Shown: positions 26,795 to 34,877 of the stretch, one piece after another
How the letters are laid out: each line of letters starts with the position of its first letter
Numbering within the stretch: the first letter of the stretch is position 1
IMG/VR virus record: IMGVR_UViG_3300045988_130579
From: a virus
Length of the DNA: 49,955 bases
Strand: one strand, 5' to 3'
Position numbers and translations under genes: made by a program
The notes under the pieces: model-generated
What the model saw: the letters and a program-made list of their open reading frames with translations, nothing else
Databases searched by the model: none
What the model was told of the DNA's origin: nothing

Positions 26795-27143
26795 AGTTTA
26801 CCCTTCTTCCGTATTTTTTAATGGCGTCTGTTAAAAACCGCTCTACTTCGGCGGCGGCAGGAAGGCAGCTTATCCCGGCAACAATTTTCATGTTCTTATT
26901 CCACACAGTGACGTCCCACGGCGTCCACGGGCTAAAACGCTCGATAGGCCTATAGTAAACTACTGCCATAATCTCGCCAAGGTCAAGGAATGCCTGTATA
27001 AAAAAACGTGCGTTTACAAATTCATTTATGGCGCCGTTCATCAGCTCCGGTTCACCTACCATATATTTTCTGTACTTTCCCAAGGCATTATCTATATCGT
27101 GCTTATAAACGCAGATATGCCTTTCTGTAAGAAACGTAAGCAT
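26769..27143 (-). CDS. hypothetical protein (124 aa)
   Basis: ORF track. Confidence 0.5.
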   Translation of the reverse strand: MLTFLTERHICVYKHDIDNALGKYRKYMVGEPELMNGAINEFVNARFFIQAFLDLGEIMAVVYYRPIERFSPWTPWDVTVWNKNMKIVAGISCLPAAAEVERFLTDAIKKYGRRVNYGDKRKRH

Positions 27144-27144
27144 T

Positions 27145-27234
27145 TTAACGCCCCCTGACTTTATAGTAAAGCACAGCGGCGGCTATGCTTACGGTTATAC
27201 ACGTACCCCATAGAATAAAAGGTTCTGCCGCCAT
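27145..27234 (-). CDS. 29-aa hydrophobic peptide
   Basis: AAAGGTGGATAAC RBS, single transmembrane-like segment, tightly packed between neighbours. Confidence 0.35.
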   Translation of the reverse strand: MAAEPFILWGTCITVSIAAAVLYYKVRGR

Positions 27235-27235
27235 G

Positions 27236-27595
27236 TTATCCACCTTTCTTTACCACGTTACCTTTGACGTCTAAAATCTGATATCGTTTCGCTTTCAGCC
27301 TGCTGACAATCAGCATCGCATCTTTCATGCTTTCAAAATGTTCTATCATGCCGTCGCGGCGCGACAAGGCGAACTTCGGGCGGTTATCTTCTTCGATGAA
27401 ACAAAAGTATCCTTTGCGGGGAATGTATAATATATAGCGTTCCCGCTTCTGCCCGACGGCTTTAGATTGCTGGCCGCCGTTTTTTTCGGCGGCCATGCGC
27501 CCACCGACATCAAATCTGGCCAGCAATACGCACGTGACGAGTGCCGCCAGTGCGGATAATATCACAGATACTATAACTGTTGTCATACCATCCAT
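27236..27595 (-). CDS. membrane-anchored small protein, a paralogue of 47555..47962
   Basis: N-terminal transmembrane helix plus a shared ILYIPRKGYF / VLYIYIPKRGYI core. Confidence 0.55.
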   Translation of the reverse strand: MDGMTTVIVSVILSALAALVTCVLLARFDVGGRMAAEKNGGQQSKAVGQKRERYILYIPRKGYFCFIEEDNRPKFALSRRDGMIEHFESMKDAMLIVSRLKAKRYQILDVKGNVVKKGG

Positions 27596-27927
27596 ATCGC
27601 ACCATTGTACCCGTCTCTGTAAAATTTGTAATACACCGGGTTTTCCTCGTTATCCGCTTTTTCGTTCTGATAGTTTAAAATCTCCTTAACTTTGCGGACC
27701 GCCAAAGAAAAGAACTCATTATTCAATATCAGTTGACCGTTGATATTCTCGCATTTTTCGCACAAAATGTTATCCAGCTCATTAACAAGCCATGTTTCCT
27801 CTGGATTAGTGCTTAAAATGCCAACTTTGATTTTTTCACCGCCAACGTAAAACTCTTTCTTATAGACGTTTGTCATAATTCGCTTTTTGCCCCCTTCGTA
27901 GAAATGTACTGTTGTTTTTCGCGTCAT
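27583..27927 (-). CDS. hypothetical protein (114 aa), the first gene after P2
   Basis: ORF track. Confidence 0.5.
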   Translation of the reverse strand: MTRKTTVHFYEGGKKRIMTNVYKKEFYVGGEKIKVGILSTNPEETWLVNELDNILCEKCENINGQLILNNEFFSLAVRKVKEILNYQNEKADNEENPVYYKFYRDGYNGAIWMV

Positions 27928-27951
27928 AACTCACACCCTTTCTATGCTTTT

Positions 27952-27980
27952 ATTATACACCCCCCTCTGTATATTGTCAA
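27952..27980 (-). promoter_or_regulatory. consensus sigma70 promoter P2 (TTGACA-17-TATAAT)
   Basis: Matches P1 exactly over 36 nt. Confidence 0.8.
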
Positions 27981-28001
27981 CAGTTTTATTTCGACTTTGC
28001 A

Positions 28002-28030
28002 TAAAAAAAGCCCCGGACTTCCGGGGCTTT
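28002..28030 (-). terminator. intrinsic terminator (GCCCCGGA stem followed by T7 on the minus strand)
   Basis: aaaaaaagccccggacttccggggcttt. Confidence 0.8.
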
Positions 28031-28033
28031 AGA

Positions 28034-28378
28034 TTATTCGCACTCTTTTACGGGTTCTTCTCCTGCTTCTTCTGCACATTCCGGGCCAACAGATATTTTG
28101 TCTGATTCTTCCGGAGCCTGTTCATCCGGCATATCTACAATCATGGTAGCTATTTTATAATTAACTTTGGCCAGTGCGTCACGTTCTACGGCTGACAAGA
28201 TAGCTTTGTCCAGCATATCACGCGCTTTGATTAATTCCTCTGCCGTTATCCGGTCTGGTTTTGTAAGGATAGTTACCGCCGAATTCATGCAGGCACTTAC
28301 GGACCATTCAGCCAAGCTTTGAGCTTTCAGGCTTTCTTTTTGGGTAGTTTGGTAGTTCTCTACAGATAATGCTTTCAT
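28034..28378 (-). CDS. hypothetical acidic protein (114 aa)
   Basis: ORF track. Confidence 0.5.
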   Translation of the reverse strand: MKALSVENYQTTQKESLKAQSLAEWSVSACMNSAVTILTKPDRITAEELIKARDMLDKAILSAVERDALAKVNYKIATMIVDMPDEQAPEESDKISVGPECAEEAGEEPVKECE

Positions 28379-28402
28379 GTTTTTTCATTCTCCCTTTTGA
28401 TT

Positions 28403-28912
28403 TTATTTACAAGCCGCCATGATAACGGCCGCCGTGGCCACGCCAATAGCAATATTTCTTTCAGCTTTTAGCCGCCGCTGCTGCTTCTTCACTTCGGCGT
28501 TGTACTTCTGCAATGATTCGTTGGCCTTGTTCAATAAGTTTTCCGTCTTTTTCTGCTGCTCCAACGCCTTCTGCTGCTCCTGCTTGGATGTTTCCAGCTC
28601 GGTCTTTAAGCTCGCTGATTCCTTCTGCAATGCTTGCACTATGCTGTTCAGCTCGTTCGATAGCGCCAACAGCTCGCTGTAACGTTTCTGCGATAGCTGA
28701 TTGCTGCTGCTCAATTCGCTGAATATCTGCTGTAAGCTCGTCAATTCTTCCTGCGTTATCGTTATCACCCGTCCGCCATCCGGTGACGTAGGCGCCGACG
28801 CAGAAGCCGAGTGCGGCTGTAAGCAGATAAGGCAAAGCAGAATACAGATAGTCCTTAAAGCCTTTTTTATCCACACTATCCACAAGTTATACACACCCTT
28901 CTTCTTCATCAC
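28403..28912 (-). CDS. Spanin-like protein (169 aa). It has an N-terminal signal or transmembrane segment with Cys residues, a coiled coil, and a C-terminal transmembrane segment. It shares a 4-nt ATGA overlap with the amidase gene.
   Basis: Position in the lysis cassette and domain layout. The alternative-frame ORF 28461..28883 lies entirely inside it. Confidence 0.45.
   Translation of the reverse strand: MMKKKGVYNLWIVWIKKALRTICILLCLICLQPHSASASAPTSPDGGRVITITQEELTSLQQIFSELSSSNQLSQKRYSELLALSNELNSIVQALQKESASLKTELETSKQEQQKALEQQKKTENLLNKANESLQKYNAEVKKQQRRLKAERNIAIGVATAAVIMAACK
28461..28883 (-). CDS. Alternative or embedded ORF (140 aa). It has an N-terminal transmembrane segment and an Ala/Glu/Gln-rich coiled coil, i-spanin-like. 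It may be dual-coding with 28403..28912, or may be the real gene.
   Basis: GTG start. Its gaa/caa/aaa codon preference resembles that of the capsid gene. Confidence 0.3.
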   Translation of the reverse strand: MDSVDKKGFKDYLYSALPYLLTAALGFCVGAYVTGWRTGDNDNAGRIDELTADIQRIEQQQSAIAETLQRAVGAIERAEQHSASIAEGISELKDRAGNIQAGAAEGVGAAEKDGKLIEQGQRIIAEVQRRSEEAAAAAKS

Positions 28913-29505
28913 GGTTGCACAAGGTTATATACGTCCGGATTGTTGAAGGTATGCCAGATAGCTTTGCCGCGGATAACGTCGCCGCCGGGCTTCGTGTATT
29001 CGTCCGACCCAAGGTCTTCCAGCTTTATCAGGTCCCAGCGCATATCAGCGTCGCCGCTATACAGGCCGTATCCGTCCATTTCGGCCCATTCGCTATGCGT
29101 CCGGAAGGTGTTCGCAGTCACACCGAACGGGGCCATTTTTGGCGCGCATTTGGTAATAACGGCGACGATTTTTGCCATAGCGTCAATCTGTGCGAACGTT
29201 GGCGGCACACTGCCAAAGTTAACACTGCCGTCCCGGTAAATGATAGCGTCCAGACAGCAGCACATTGATACCCCTATATTTCCGGTATTGCGACCATAGG
29301 TATGCGCAAGTACGCTGTCTAATGTAACGCCATTCGGCATTAATATTTCGCCTTCGTCATTTATCAGCAGGTGATAATCGTTAAAATACTGTTTGTATCT
29401 GCCAGCTGTCCAGTGTCCAGTTATGGTATGCGCCGAACACGCTCTAGCCTCTGCTGCAATGTCTGTCAGCGTCACCAGCTTGCAATCTTCGCGGCTTATC
29501 TGCAT
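28909..29505 (-). CDS. N-acetylmuramoyl-L-alanine amidase (endolysin, Amidase_2/PGRP-like)
   Basis: An AHTITGHWTAG motif. The start is placed at the internal ATG, which has an AAGGGGG RBS overlapping the stop of the upstream membrane-protein gene. Confidence 0.65.
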   Translation of the reverse strand: MQISREDCKLVTLTDIAAEARACSAHTITGHWTAGRYKQYFNDYHLLINDEGEILMPNGVTLDSVLAHTYGRNTGNIGVSMCCCLDAIIYRDGSVNFGSVPPTFAQIDAMAKIVAVITKCAPKMAPFGVTANTFRTHSEWAEMDGYGLYSGDADMRWDLIKLEDLGSDEYTKPGGDVIRGKAIWHTFNNPDVYNLVQP

Positions 29506-29506
29506 A

Positions 29507-30088
29507 TCAATTCCCCCTTTTCGGAAACACTCTATACAACATATAGTCAAGAACACGCTTGACTGCGTTAGCTATGCTGCTATAGCCCAGCTCAACTAGA
29601 TTCTCGTTGATACTGGTCATTTCGACCATAAAAATAACCATCGACACGCTCCCCGGCAGAATGTCGGAAGCGACTAGATTTATACCCAATGCATGTATGG
29701 GCGGTATGACTTTGGCGGCATAAAAGGCTATGATGATTGTTGCATTGTAAAGCAGCATTTTTTCAAGTATGCGGCTAAAGCCCCGGCTTTCTAGGTAGCC
29801 TTTCTGCCATGTTTCACTCTTAAAAAAGTAATGTATAGCTTTTCGCAGGCTGATGTTTTCTAGCGGGTCTTCCGGCTGATACGTGTCATGGATATACTTT
29901 TTACTCAAGTACACCCATTTAAGTATGGTATCAAAGACTATCATCAGCTGCGCTAATATAACAACGCCCCAAAAGTTCGGGCCGAAAATCTTGTTTCCAA
30001 AAGTCCATATCACTACGGCATACGCCCATATATCGACCTTGAAAAATCTATCTAAAACATATCTGATGTTGTTCCACGTTTCAGCCAT
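29507..30088 (-). CDS. multi-pass membrane protein, a putative holin
   Basis: 193 aa with four hydrophobic segments. It lies immediately upstream of the endolysin and is translationally coupled to it. Confidence 0.4.
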   Translation of the reverse strand: MAETWNNIRYVLDRFFKVDIWAYAVVIWTFGNKIFGPNFWGVVILAQLMIVFDTILKWVYLSKKYIHDTYQPEDPLENISLRKAIHYFFKSETWQKGYLESRGFSRILEKMLLYNATIIIAFYAAKVIPPIHALGINLVASDILPGSVSMVIFMVEMTSINENLVELGYSSIANAVKRVLDYMLYRVFPKRGN

Positions 30089-30172
30089 GATAAAGCCCCC
30101 TACGATTCTTTTTATTTATTATATCGTAAGGAGCAACGCAAAAACAATTCGCAGAGGACTAGCGAATGCAAT

Positions 30173-30475
30173 TTACCTTGACCGCCACCCGCATTTTTTA
30201 CACTTTAAATCAATAATAGGCGGATGACACGCAAGCATAACTCTCTCTACGTCCTTACTTTCACAGGCCGGACAACAATAAAGTCTCTTAGCAGCGTCCA
30301 TACACGCCAGCGAAAATCTACATCTCTGCTCTTTGTCGGCGTTAAGTAACGCTGTTATAACCTTAGCTGTTTTCTTACTACTCAACTTTAATATGGGCTT
30401 TTTCTCCGGGTCATCCCCGTCGTAAATAGAAAAAAATACTGTACCTTCTGCAACAACTCTTTCTTCCTTAAACAT
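30173..30475 (-). CDS. small protein with a C-terminal CxxC...CxxC zinc ribbon
   Basis: ORF track, GAAGGTG RBS. Confidence 0.5.
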   Translation of the reverse strand: MFKEERVVAEGTVFFSIYDGDDPEKKPILKLSSKKTAKVITALLNADKEQRCRFSLACMDAAKRLYCCPACESKDVERVMLACHPPIIDLKCKKCGWRSR

Positions 30476-30525
30476 TCAATCACCTTCATTCTGTAGCTGT
30501 TTAGCTATTTTTCCGGAAAGCTTTT

Positions 30526-30681
30526 TCAGACATGATTCACATAGGTATATCTGACTATTTTTGTAAGTGCTTGGGATAAAAAACTTCCTAAAGATATGCG
30601 GCAATACACTTCATATGTTGCCTTTTTCTTATCACAGCAATCACATAGGCCTGCTGCCTTAACCTTCCTGACATTAATCAT
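30526..30681 (-). CDS. 51-aa Cys-rich peptide (CDCCD...C)
   Basis: ATGA overlap with the upstream gene. Not in the track because it is under 60 aa. Confidence 0.35.
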   Translation of the reverse strand: MINVRKVKAAGLCDCCDKKKATYEVYCRISLGSFLSQALTKIVRYTYVNHV

Positions 30682-30902
30682 TTCCCGCTATTTCTCGCAT
30701 TCCACTTTTTAACAAGCTCCAATATGCCATCTTGTACGCTGCCGTATAAAACCTTGCCACAGTTTTCACACTGGATGAAAAAATTCTTGTCCACTTTAAG
30801 CCGGGGCTTTTTGTTCCCGCACTCTTGGCAGGCGTTTATCTTGACATTTAATGTTCCGGTTCTCTTTCTTCTGGTTCTGCTGGTCCTACTGGTAGTAGTC
30901 AT
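30678..30902 (-). CDS. Lar-family restriction alleviation-like zinc-ribbon protein
   Basis: CQECG...FIQCENCG...KKWNARN matches the Lar family signature. Internal ATG with a GAAAGGGG RBS. Confidence 0.5.
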   Translation of the reverse strand: MTTTSRTSRTRRKRTGTLNVKINACQECGNKKPRLKVDKNFFIQCENCGKVLYGSVQDGILELVKKWNARNSGK

Positions 30903-30964
30903 TTTTATTCCCCTTTCTTGCAGCAAGGCAGGCCGCACAAGCGGCCTGCTATACACTTCCCTAA

Positions 30965-31357
30965 TTAGTTATATAAATTTTTCTTGCTGCCTGCGTCGTT
31001 TCGTTCGGCCTTTAAAGCCTTCAATAGTTCTATCATATCGTCTTCTAGCTCTGTGGACAGTTCTTTGCCAGCTTGTGTGCTTTCAATTAATTTATCCACA
31101 AGCTTCATCATTTCTACGTTTTCTTTATGGTGTTTTAGCGATATCTTGCCAAGCTGTTCAATATAGTTTTCAATTCTTGCTTGAGACATAGCGAGAATTT
31201 TCAAGCTACAGTTATTGTATAAGCTGTAGCTTTCCTCTGTGACGTCTTTACTGGTAAAGAGATGTAGAACAAAATGCGCGCCCTCGGGTTCTAAAAATTC
31301 TTCAAGCTCTTTAATCTTATTGATTATCGCTTCCCGTCTGGTCTCATTAATGCTCAT
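30965..31357 (-). CDS. hypothetical protein (130 aa)
   Basis: ORF track. Confidence 0.5.
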   Translation of the reverse strand: MSINETRREAIINKIKELEEFLEPEGAHFVLHLFTSKDVTEESYSLYNNCSLKILAMSQARIENYIEQLGKISLKHHKENVEMMKLVDKLIESTQAGKELSTELEDDMIELLKALKAERNDAGSKKNLYN

Positions 31358-31395
31358 TTTCTACAACCTCTTTTACCAGCATTTTCTTAAAAGTC

Positions 31396-31725
31396 TCACC
31401 CGCATTTTCGGGGGGGGACTTCTTCATCTACATCATAAAAAGCCCTTTCATTAACTACTGTTCTTTTGATTGCTTTTGCAAAAAACATCTCTGGTTTAAT
31501 GCCAAAGCCTTCCTGTGCCGTCTGCACTAAATGAACAACGCTATTAACACACCTGTCGAGACTTACCCGGTTAGCCATGACTAAATAGCCATTTGCTTCT
31601 TCTGTGTCCAAACTTTCAACTTGTGCTAGTGCAATAATGTTGACCCCATATTTTTTCTCTAAATTTAAAATTTCGTCGTTTAAGTTTGAAGCTTCTTCCT
31701 TTAGATTTTCTCTTGTAATAATCAC
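31396..31725 (-). CDS. hypothetical protein (109 aa) with a C8 tract 4 codons before its stop
   Basis: ORF track. The poly-G tract at 31408-31415 encodes PP. Confidence 0.5.
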   Translation of the reverse strand: MIITRENLKEEASNLNDEILNLEKKYGVNIIALAQVESLDTEEANGYLVMANRVSLDRCVNSVVHLVQTAQEGFGIKPEMFFAKAIKRTVVNERAFYDVDEEVPPRKCG

Positions 31726-31745
31726 AACTACACCTCTTTCAATTT

Positions 31746-32192
31746 TTAGATATAACCTTTGTCGTCCAACGCTTGAATAACAATGTCTGAATTGTATTCT
31801 TGAAGTTTCTTTTTCATCTTAAACCTGTCAATTATCCACCAGATTAATAAGCCGCCACCGGTAAGCAGCATTGCAGCGCCGCCAACATAGTCTTTAATGT
31901 AAAACCGGTGAAAGCCGCCAACTCCGAAAAAAGCATGTAAGTGTTTCATCTTTTCCCAGCTTCTAATTTTACGGCTGCAACGCCGGAAGATGATTTCCCG
32001 CTGCTCCGGCGTAAGCTTTGCCAAAGCATTTATGCAAAGTTCGTCTAAAGCGTCTTCATAGTCGCTAAACTTGCCAAGCGGATGTTGCGGCTTTACTTCC
32101 TTGAGCGGTGGAAGTTTAGCGTCAACATTGCCAAACGACATTCTTAAATAGTCCAATCCTTTCATTTCCTGACCCCCTAACTGATTACTCAA
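31746..32192 (-). CDS. TM2 domain-containing membrane protein
   Basis: GGFHRFYIKDYVGGAAMLLTGGGLLIWWIIDRF matches the TM2 domain pattern. Confidence 0.55.
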   Translation of the reverse strand: MSNQLGGQEMKGLDYLRMSFGNVDAKLPPLKEVKPQHPLGKFSDYEDALDELCINALAKLTPEQREIIFRRCSRKIRSWEKMKHLHAFFGVGGFHRFYIKDYVGGAAMLLTGGGLLIWWIIDRFKMKKKLQEYNSDIVIQALDDKGYI

Positions 32193-32466
32193 AAGCGTAA
32201 CCGTTTTTTTCTAAAAGCGGATATCCTTCATCATCTTTGCTGGTACACAACTTGCCATTAAGATTTTTCGGCACGTCGCTGATTATTTTCTGCGCTCGCA
32301 GAAGCGAATATCCTACACTTTTGTCACGCTCTTTAAAAAACTTTTTCGCCAGTGCTCTGGCCTCGCTGTAGTTGTAAGCGAATGTTACTACACTTTCTAG
32401 GTCTTCACGGTTGGCCACGCTCACGCAGTAAGCGTTTACGTAGTCATACTGTTTTATCATTGGCAA
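32185..32466 (-). CDS. hypothetical protein (93 aa)
   Basis: ORF track. Confidence 0.5.
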   Translation of the reverse strand: MPMIKQYDYVNAYCVSVANREDLESVVTFAYNYSEARALAKKFFKERDKSVGYSLLRAQKIISDVPKNLNGKLCTSKDDEGYPLLEKNGYAFE

Positions 32467-32473
32467 CTTTACA

Positions 32474-32629
32474 TCACCTCACAATCATACCTGAACGCCA
32501 TATGTCGCGCTCAACAATAGCCTCTGCCAGTGCCCCGCCGTAACTCCACCCAAAAGAGATAACAGCTGCGGCTGCTGCCAGCATAATAATTGCCAGACAA
32601 ACTAACAAAAACATCTCTTTTTTCTTCAT
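32474..32629 (-). CDS. 51-aa small membrane or secreted peptide
   Basis: AAGGTGGATTGA RBS. MKKKEMFLLVCLAIIMLAAAAAVISF is signal-peptide-like. It is the first ORF after P3. Confidence 0.4.
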   Translation of the reverse strand: MKKKEMFLLVCLAIIMLAAAAAVISFGWSYGGALAEAIVERDIWRSGMIVR

Positions 32630-32777
32630 TCAATCCACCTTACTAATAAATATACAAGCCATATTCCATACAGGATAAATATAGCAGCCGCTATATCACA
32701 GCTTAATATTTTTCGTGCCTTCTGTATTATTATTCTTTTATTCGGGCTCGTCTATTGTTCCCCCTTTCTTTGCCTAT

Positions 32778-32806
32778 ATTATATACCCCCCTGCGTACAT
32801 TGTCAA
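32778..32806 (-). promoter_or_regulatory. consensus sigma70 promoter P3 (TTGACA-17-TATAAT)
   Basis: The -35 overlaps the stop codon of the XRE-type regulator gene. Confidence 0.75.
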
Positions 32807-33177
32807 CACTTTTGTTTTAAATTTTTCTCCCTGTCGATATATTCACTATAGCCCGGCTCGTCTTCCAGCCCCTCGAAAAACTCTGAAACAGTCATTCCCA
32901 AGCCGTTAGCAACTTTAGCGATATTTTTCATTGATAAAGTTTCCGTTCTGCCTACTTCAAACTTGGACAGTGTGCCATATCTTACACCCGAACGTCGTGC
33001 AAGTTCAGCAGGCCAAATACCTTTCTTGCTGTATTCGCTGTAAATCTTCTTAATTATAAACCGATTAAGCGGTGTAGCTGCTTCCAGCTTCTTTAGTAGT
33101 AACTTTCTGCCTGCTGTCCACTTGGGCAGGACTTTGAAAGTATCTTCATATTTTCTCTCTTGATTCATCTTTTGCAC
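32803..33177 (-). CDS. XRE-family HTH transcriptional regulator (CI/Cro-like)
   Basis: IWPAELARRSGVRYGTLSKFEVGRTETLSMKNIAKVANGLGMTVSEF is a classic HTH_3 segment. The gene lies at a divergent promoter region. Confidence 0.8.
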   Translation of the reverse strand: MQKMNQERKYEDTFKVLPKWTAGRKLLLKKLEAATPLNRFIIKKIYSEYSKKGIWPAELARRSGVRYGTLSKFEVGRTETLSMKNIAKVANGLGMTVSEFFEGLEDEPGYSEYIDREKNLKQKC

Positions 33178-33204
33178 TCTCCTTGCGTGTATCTACATAA
33201 GTAT

Positions 33205-33233
33205 ATATTAATACACTATAGTGCATTTGTCTA
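33205..33233 (-). promoter_or_regulatory. promoter of the XRE regulator gene (TAGACA-17-TAATAT), flanked by TCTACA repeats
   Basis: Hexamers with a 17-nt spacer, ~25 nt upstream of an AAGGAG RBS. Confidence 0.5.
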
Positions 33234-33739
33234 CAGGCTTTAATGGTTTTGGATGTCCCTGTTTGAGCTGGTAGGCAGAGATACCCCTTACCACGAAAAA
33301 GACAAATGTATATATGTCTTAATCGCGTAAGATAAGAGGTTTTCTATAAGTATAGGCTAGGTAGTCCCCGCCGTCGCTGTATAGTTTTTTTTGGCAAATA
33401 CTGCATATCATCACTTCTCTACGTCCTAGCTCCATGCTTTCCCCCCGTGCTTTTGCACCCGTAGCCGCCAGCCGTGCAATTTATAGGGTATGGCTCCCTA
33501 ACCGCTGCACACGGTACCACGATAGGCCTTTGCCGTCTCGCCTGTATAGGCCCTTTATCATAACCTATACAGCACATGTACTTATATCTGCGCTCATACA
33601 TGCGGGGCAATGATTTTATATACTCGGCACATTGCAGGACCAACAGTTTTTTATACTAGGTCTGTGTTCGCCTAGTCGCTGTTAAGCGGTTTCTGTTATT
33701 TAGTTTTAGATAAAGTCGCCATTCGCTTTTATATAATTG

Positions 33740-33768
33740 TTGACAATAGATGTTGATATTGATAGAAT
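33740..33768 (+). promoter_or_regulatory. plus-strand sigma70 promoter (TTGACA-17-TAGAAT)
   Basis: Read directly from the sequence. Confidence 0.6.
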
Positions 33769-34076
33769 AGTTACAGAAGTCATAAACCTACCTTGTTTTA
33801 GGCAAAGCTAAAGCGCGGGCCACATGTCCCAATTTTTTAAAATCGAGTTCATGTAGCTTAAGGTTTTAAGGTTTGAAGTTTTAAATGTCTAGCGAGCATT
33901 TTAAAACGGCTTCTATTTTTTTGCCTTCTTTGATTATAGTCGCTTCCGGCGGAAGCGTCAATCTTAAATTTTAGCGCATCGCTTCCCCCCCCAGCTCCCG
34001 AAATCTCCGCTAATCTCTGTTTTACTCCGTTTTTCGCGTTTTTTTCGCGGATTTTCTTACACGAAAAAAATTTATA

Positions 34077-34105
34077 TTGACACTGCCACGGTTTGGGTTT
34101 AAAAT
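34077..34105 (+). promoter_or_regulatory. plus-strand sigma70 promoter (TTGACA-17-TAAAAT)
   Basis: Read directly from the sequence. Confidence 0.65.
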
Positions 34106-34110
34106 TTACT

Positions 34111-34256
34111 TGTGCAACTCCTAATAAATATATCGTTCTTCAATTAGTCTGCGCTTTGATACAGGGACCTAGAACAAGGGTAGTATAAAGCGGTGTTCCA
34201 GACGGGGAAAGCGCCATCTCTGGTTCGTACTCGGAGAATGGCGCTTTTCTTTTTAT
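34111..34256 (+). ncRNA. ~145-nt leader or small RNA ending at an intrinsic terminator/attenuator (stem AGCGCCAT...ATGGCGCT, then a T-run)
   Basis: Promoter to terminator distance. No SD-led ORF. Track ORF 34193..34429 spans the terminator. Confidence 0.35.
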
Positions 34257-34425
34257 GTGTTATATTAATAACGGTAGCTAACTTGTCTGCCTCTCTCCCT
34301 TCATTTTTTCATTCTTCCTCCGGTATAATCTCGGCTGCTTGTCGGTCGGGATTATATTTTAAAATTTATTTTATACCCCCTCTTGATTATTTGGTATTAA
34401 AGTTGTATAATCATATTAAAGGCAG

Positions 34426-34626
34426 GTGAATGATTTGAATAAAGTAAGTAAAAAATGGATATGGATAGGCTTGCTGTGCGTGGCCTATGATAGTTTTATC
34501 GCTCGGCCGTTCTGGCGTGTGATTGACGCTTTGGCTGATGTATTGTTTTTTATATTAAATCCAAGGCGTGTATATGAACCTGAATTCTGGCTGTTTGTAT
34601 TGATTCTAGTGTTGGGGGTATTCTGA
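34426..34626 (+). CDS. small two-transmembrane-segment membrane protein (GTG start)
   Basis: ORF track, AAAGGCAGG RBS. Confidence 0.45.
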   Translation: MNDLNKVSKKWIWIGLLCVAYDSFIARPFWRVIDALADVLFFILNPRRVYEPEFWLFVLILVLGVF

Positions 34627-34877
34627 TGTTAGTATGTCTTCGACACATGGATAAAAACAAAAAGCCTTATGGACCTAATGAGGTCTACGTTGTGAACTCG
34701 CTCCAAAAGTTTGTTGCGCTTGTGATGAATGAAAAGATAGGCTGCACATTCCGTCAGCTGTGTGAAGAATACGGCATAGCGGGGCAGGATTCCCCGCCGC
34801 CGGATGTTTACGCAATGGCGATTAAAGAGGCTTACTACCATCACGGCATTGAACTTAAGATATCGAATAAAGGGTAG
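34626..34877 (+). CDS. hypothetical protein (83 aa)
   Basis: ATG overlaps the upstream TGA. GGGGG RBS. Confidence 0.5.
   Translation: MLVCLRHMDKNKKPYGPNEVYVVNSLQKFVALVMNEKIGCTFRQLCEEYGIAGQDSPPPDVYAMAIKEAYYHHGIELKISNKG

Noticed and set aside
30925-30947. GCAGGCCGC-acaa-GCGGCCTGC hairpin as a terminator
   Set aside because: It is a perfect 9-bp stem but has no U-run on either strand. It is more likely an RNA structure or processing site just upstream of the Lar-like gene RBS. Noted but not called a terminator.
33419-33643. 74-aa minus-strand ORF in the switch region
   Set aside because: It has a TTG start without an RBS, a Cys/Arg-rich junk-like composition, and lies in the promoter and spacer region.
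34193-34429. 78-aa plus-strand ORF
   Set aside because: It spans the leader terminator at 34208-34256 and has no SD. The region is more likely a leader or small RNA.
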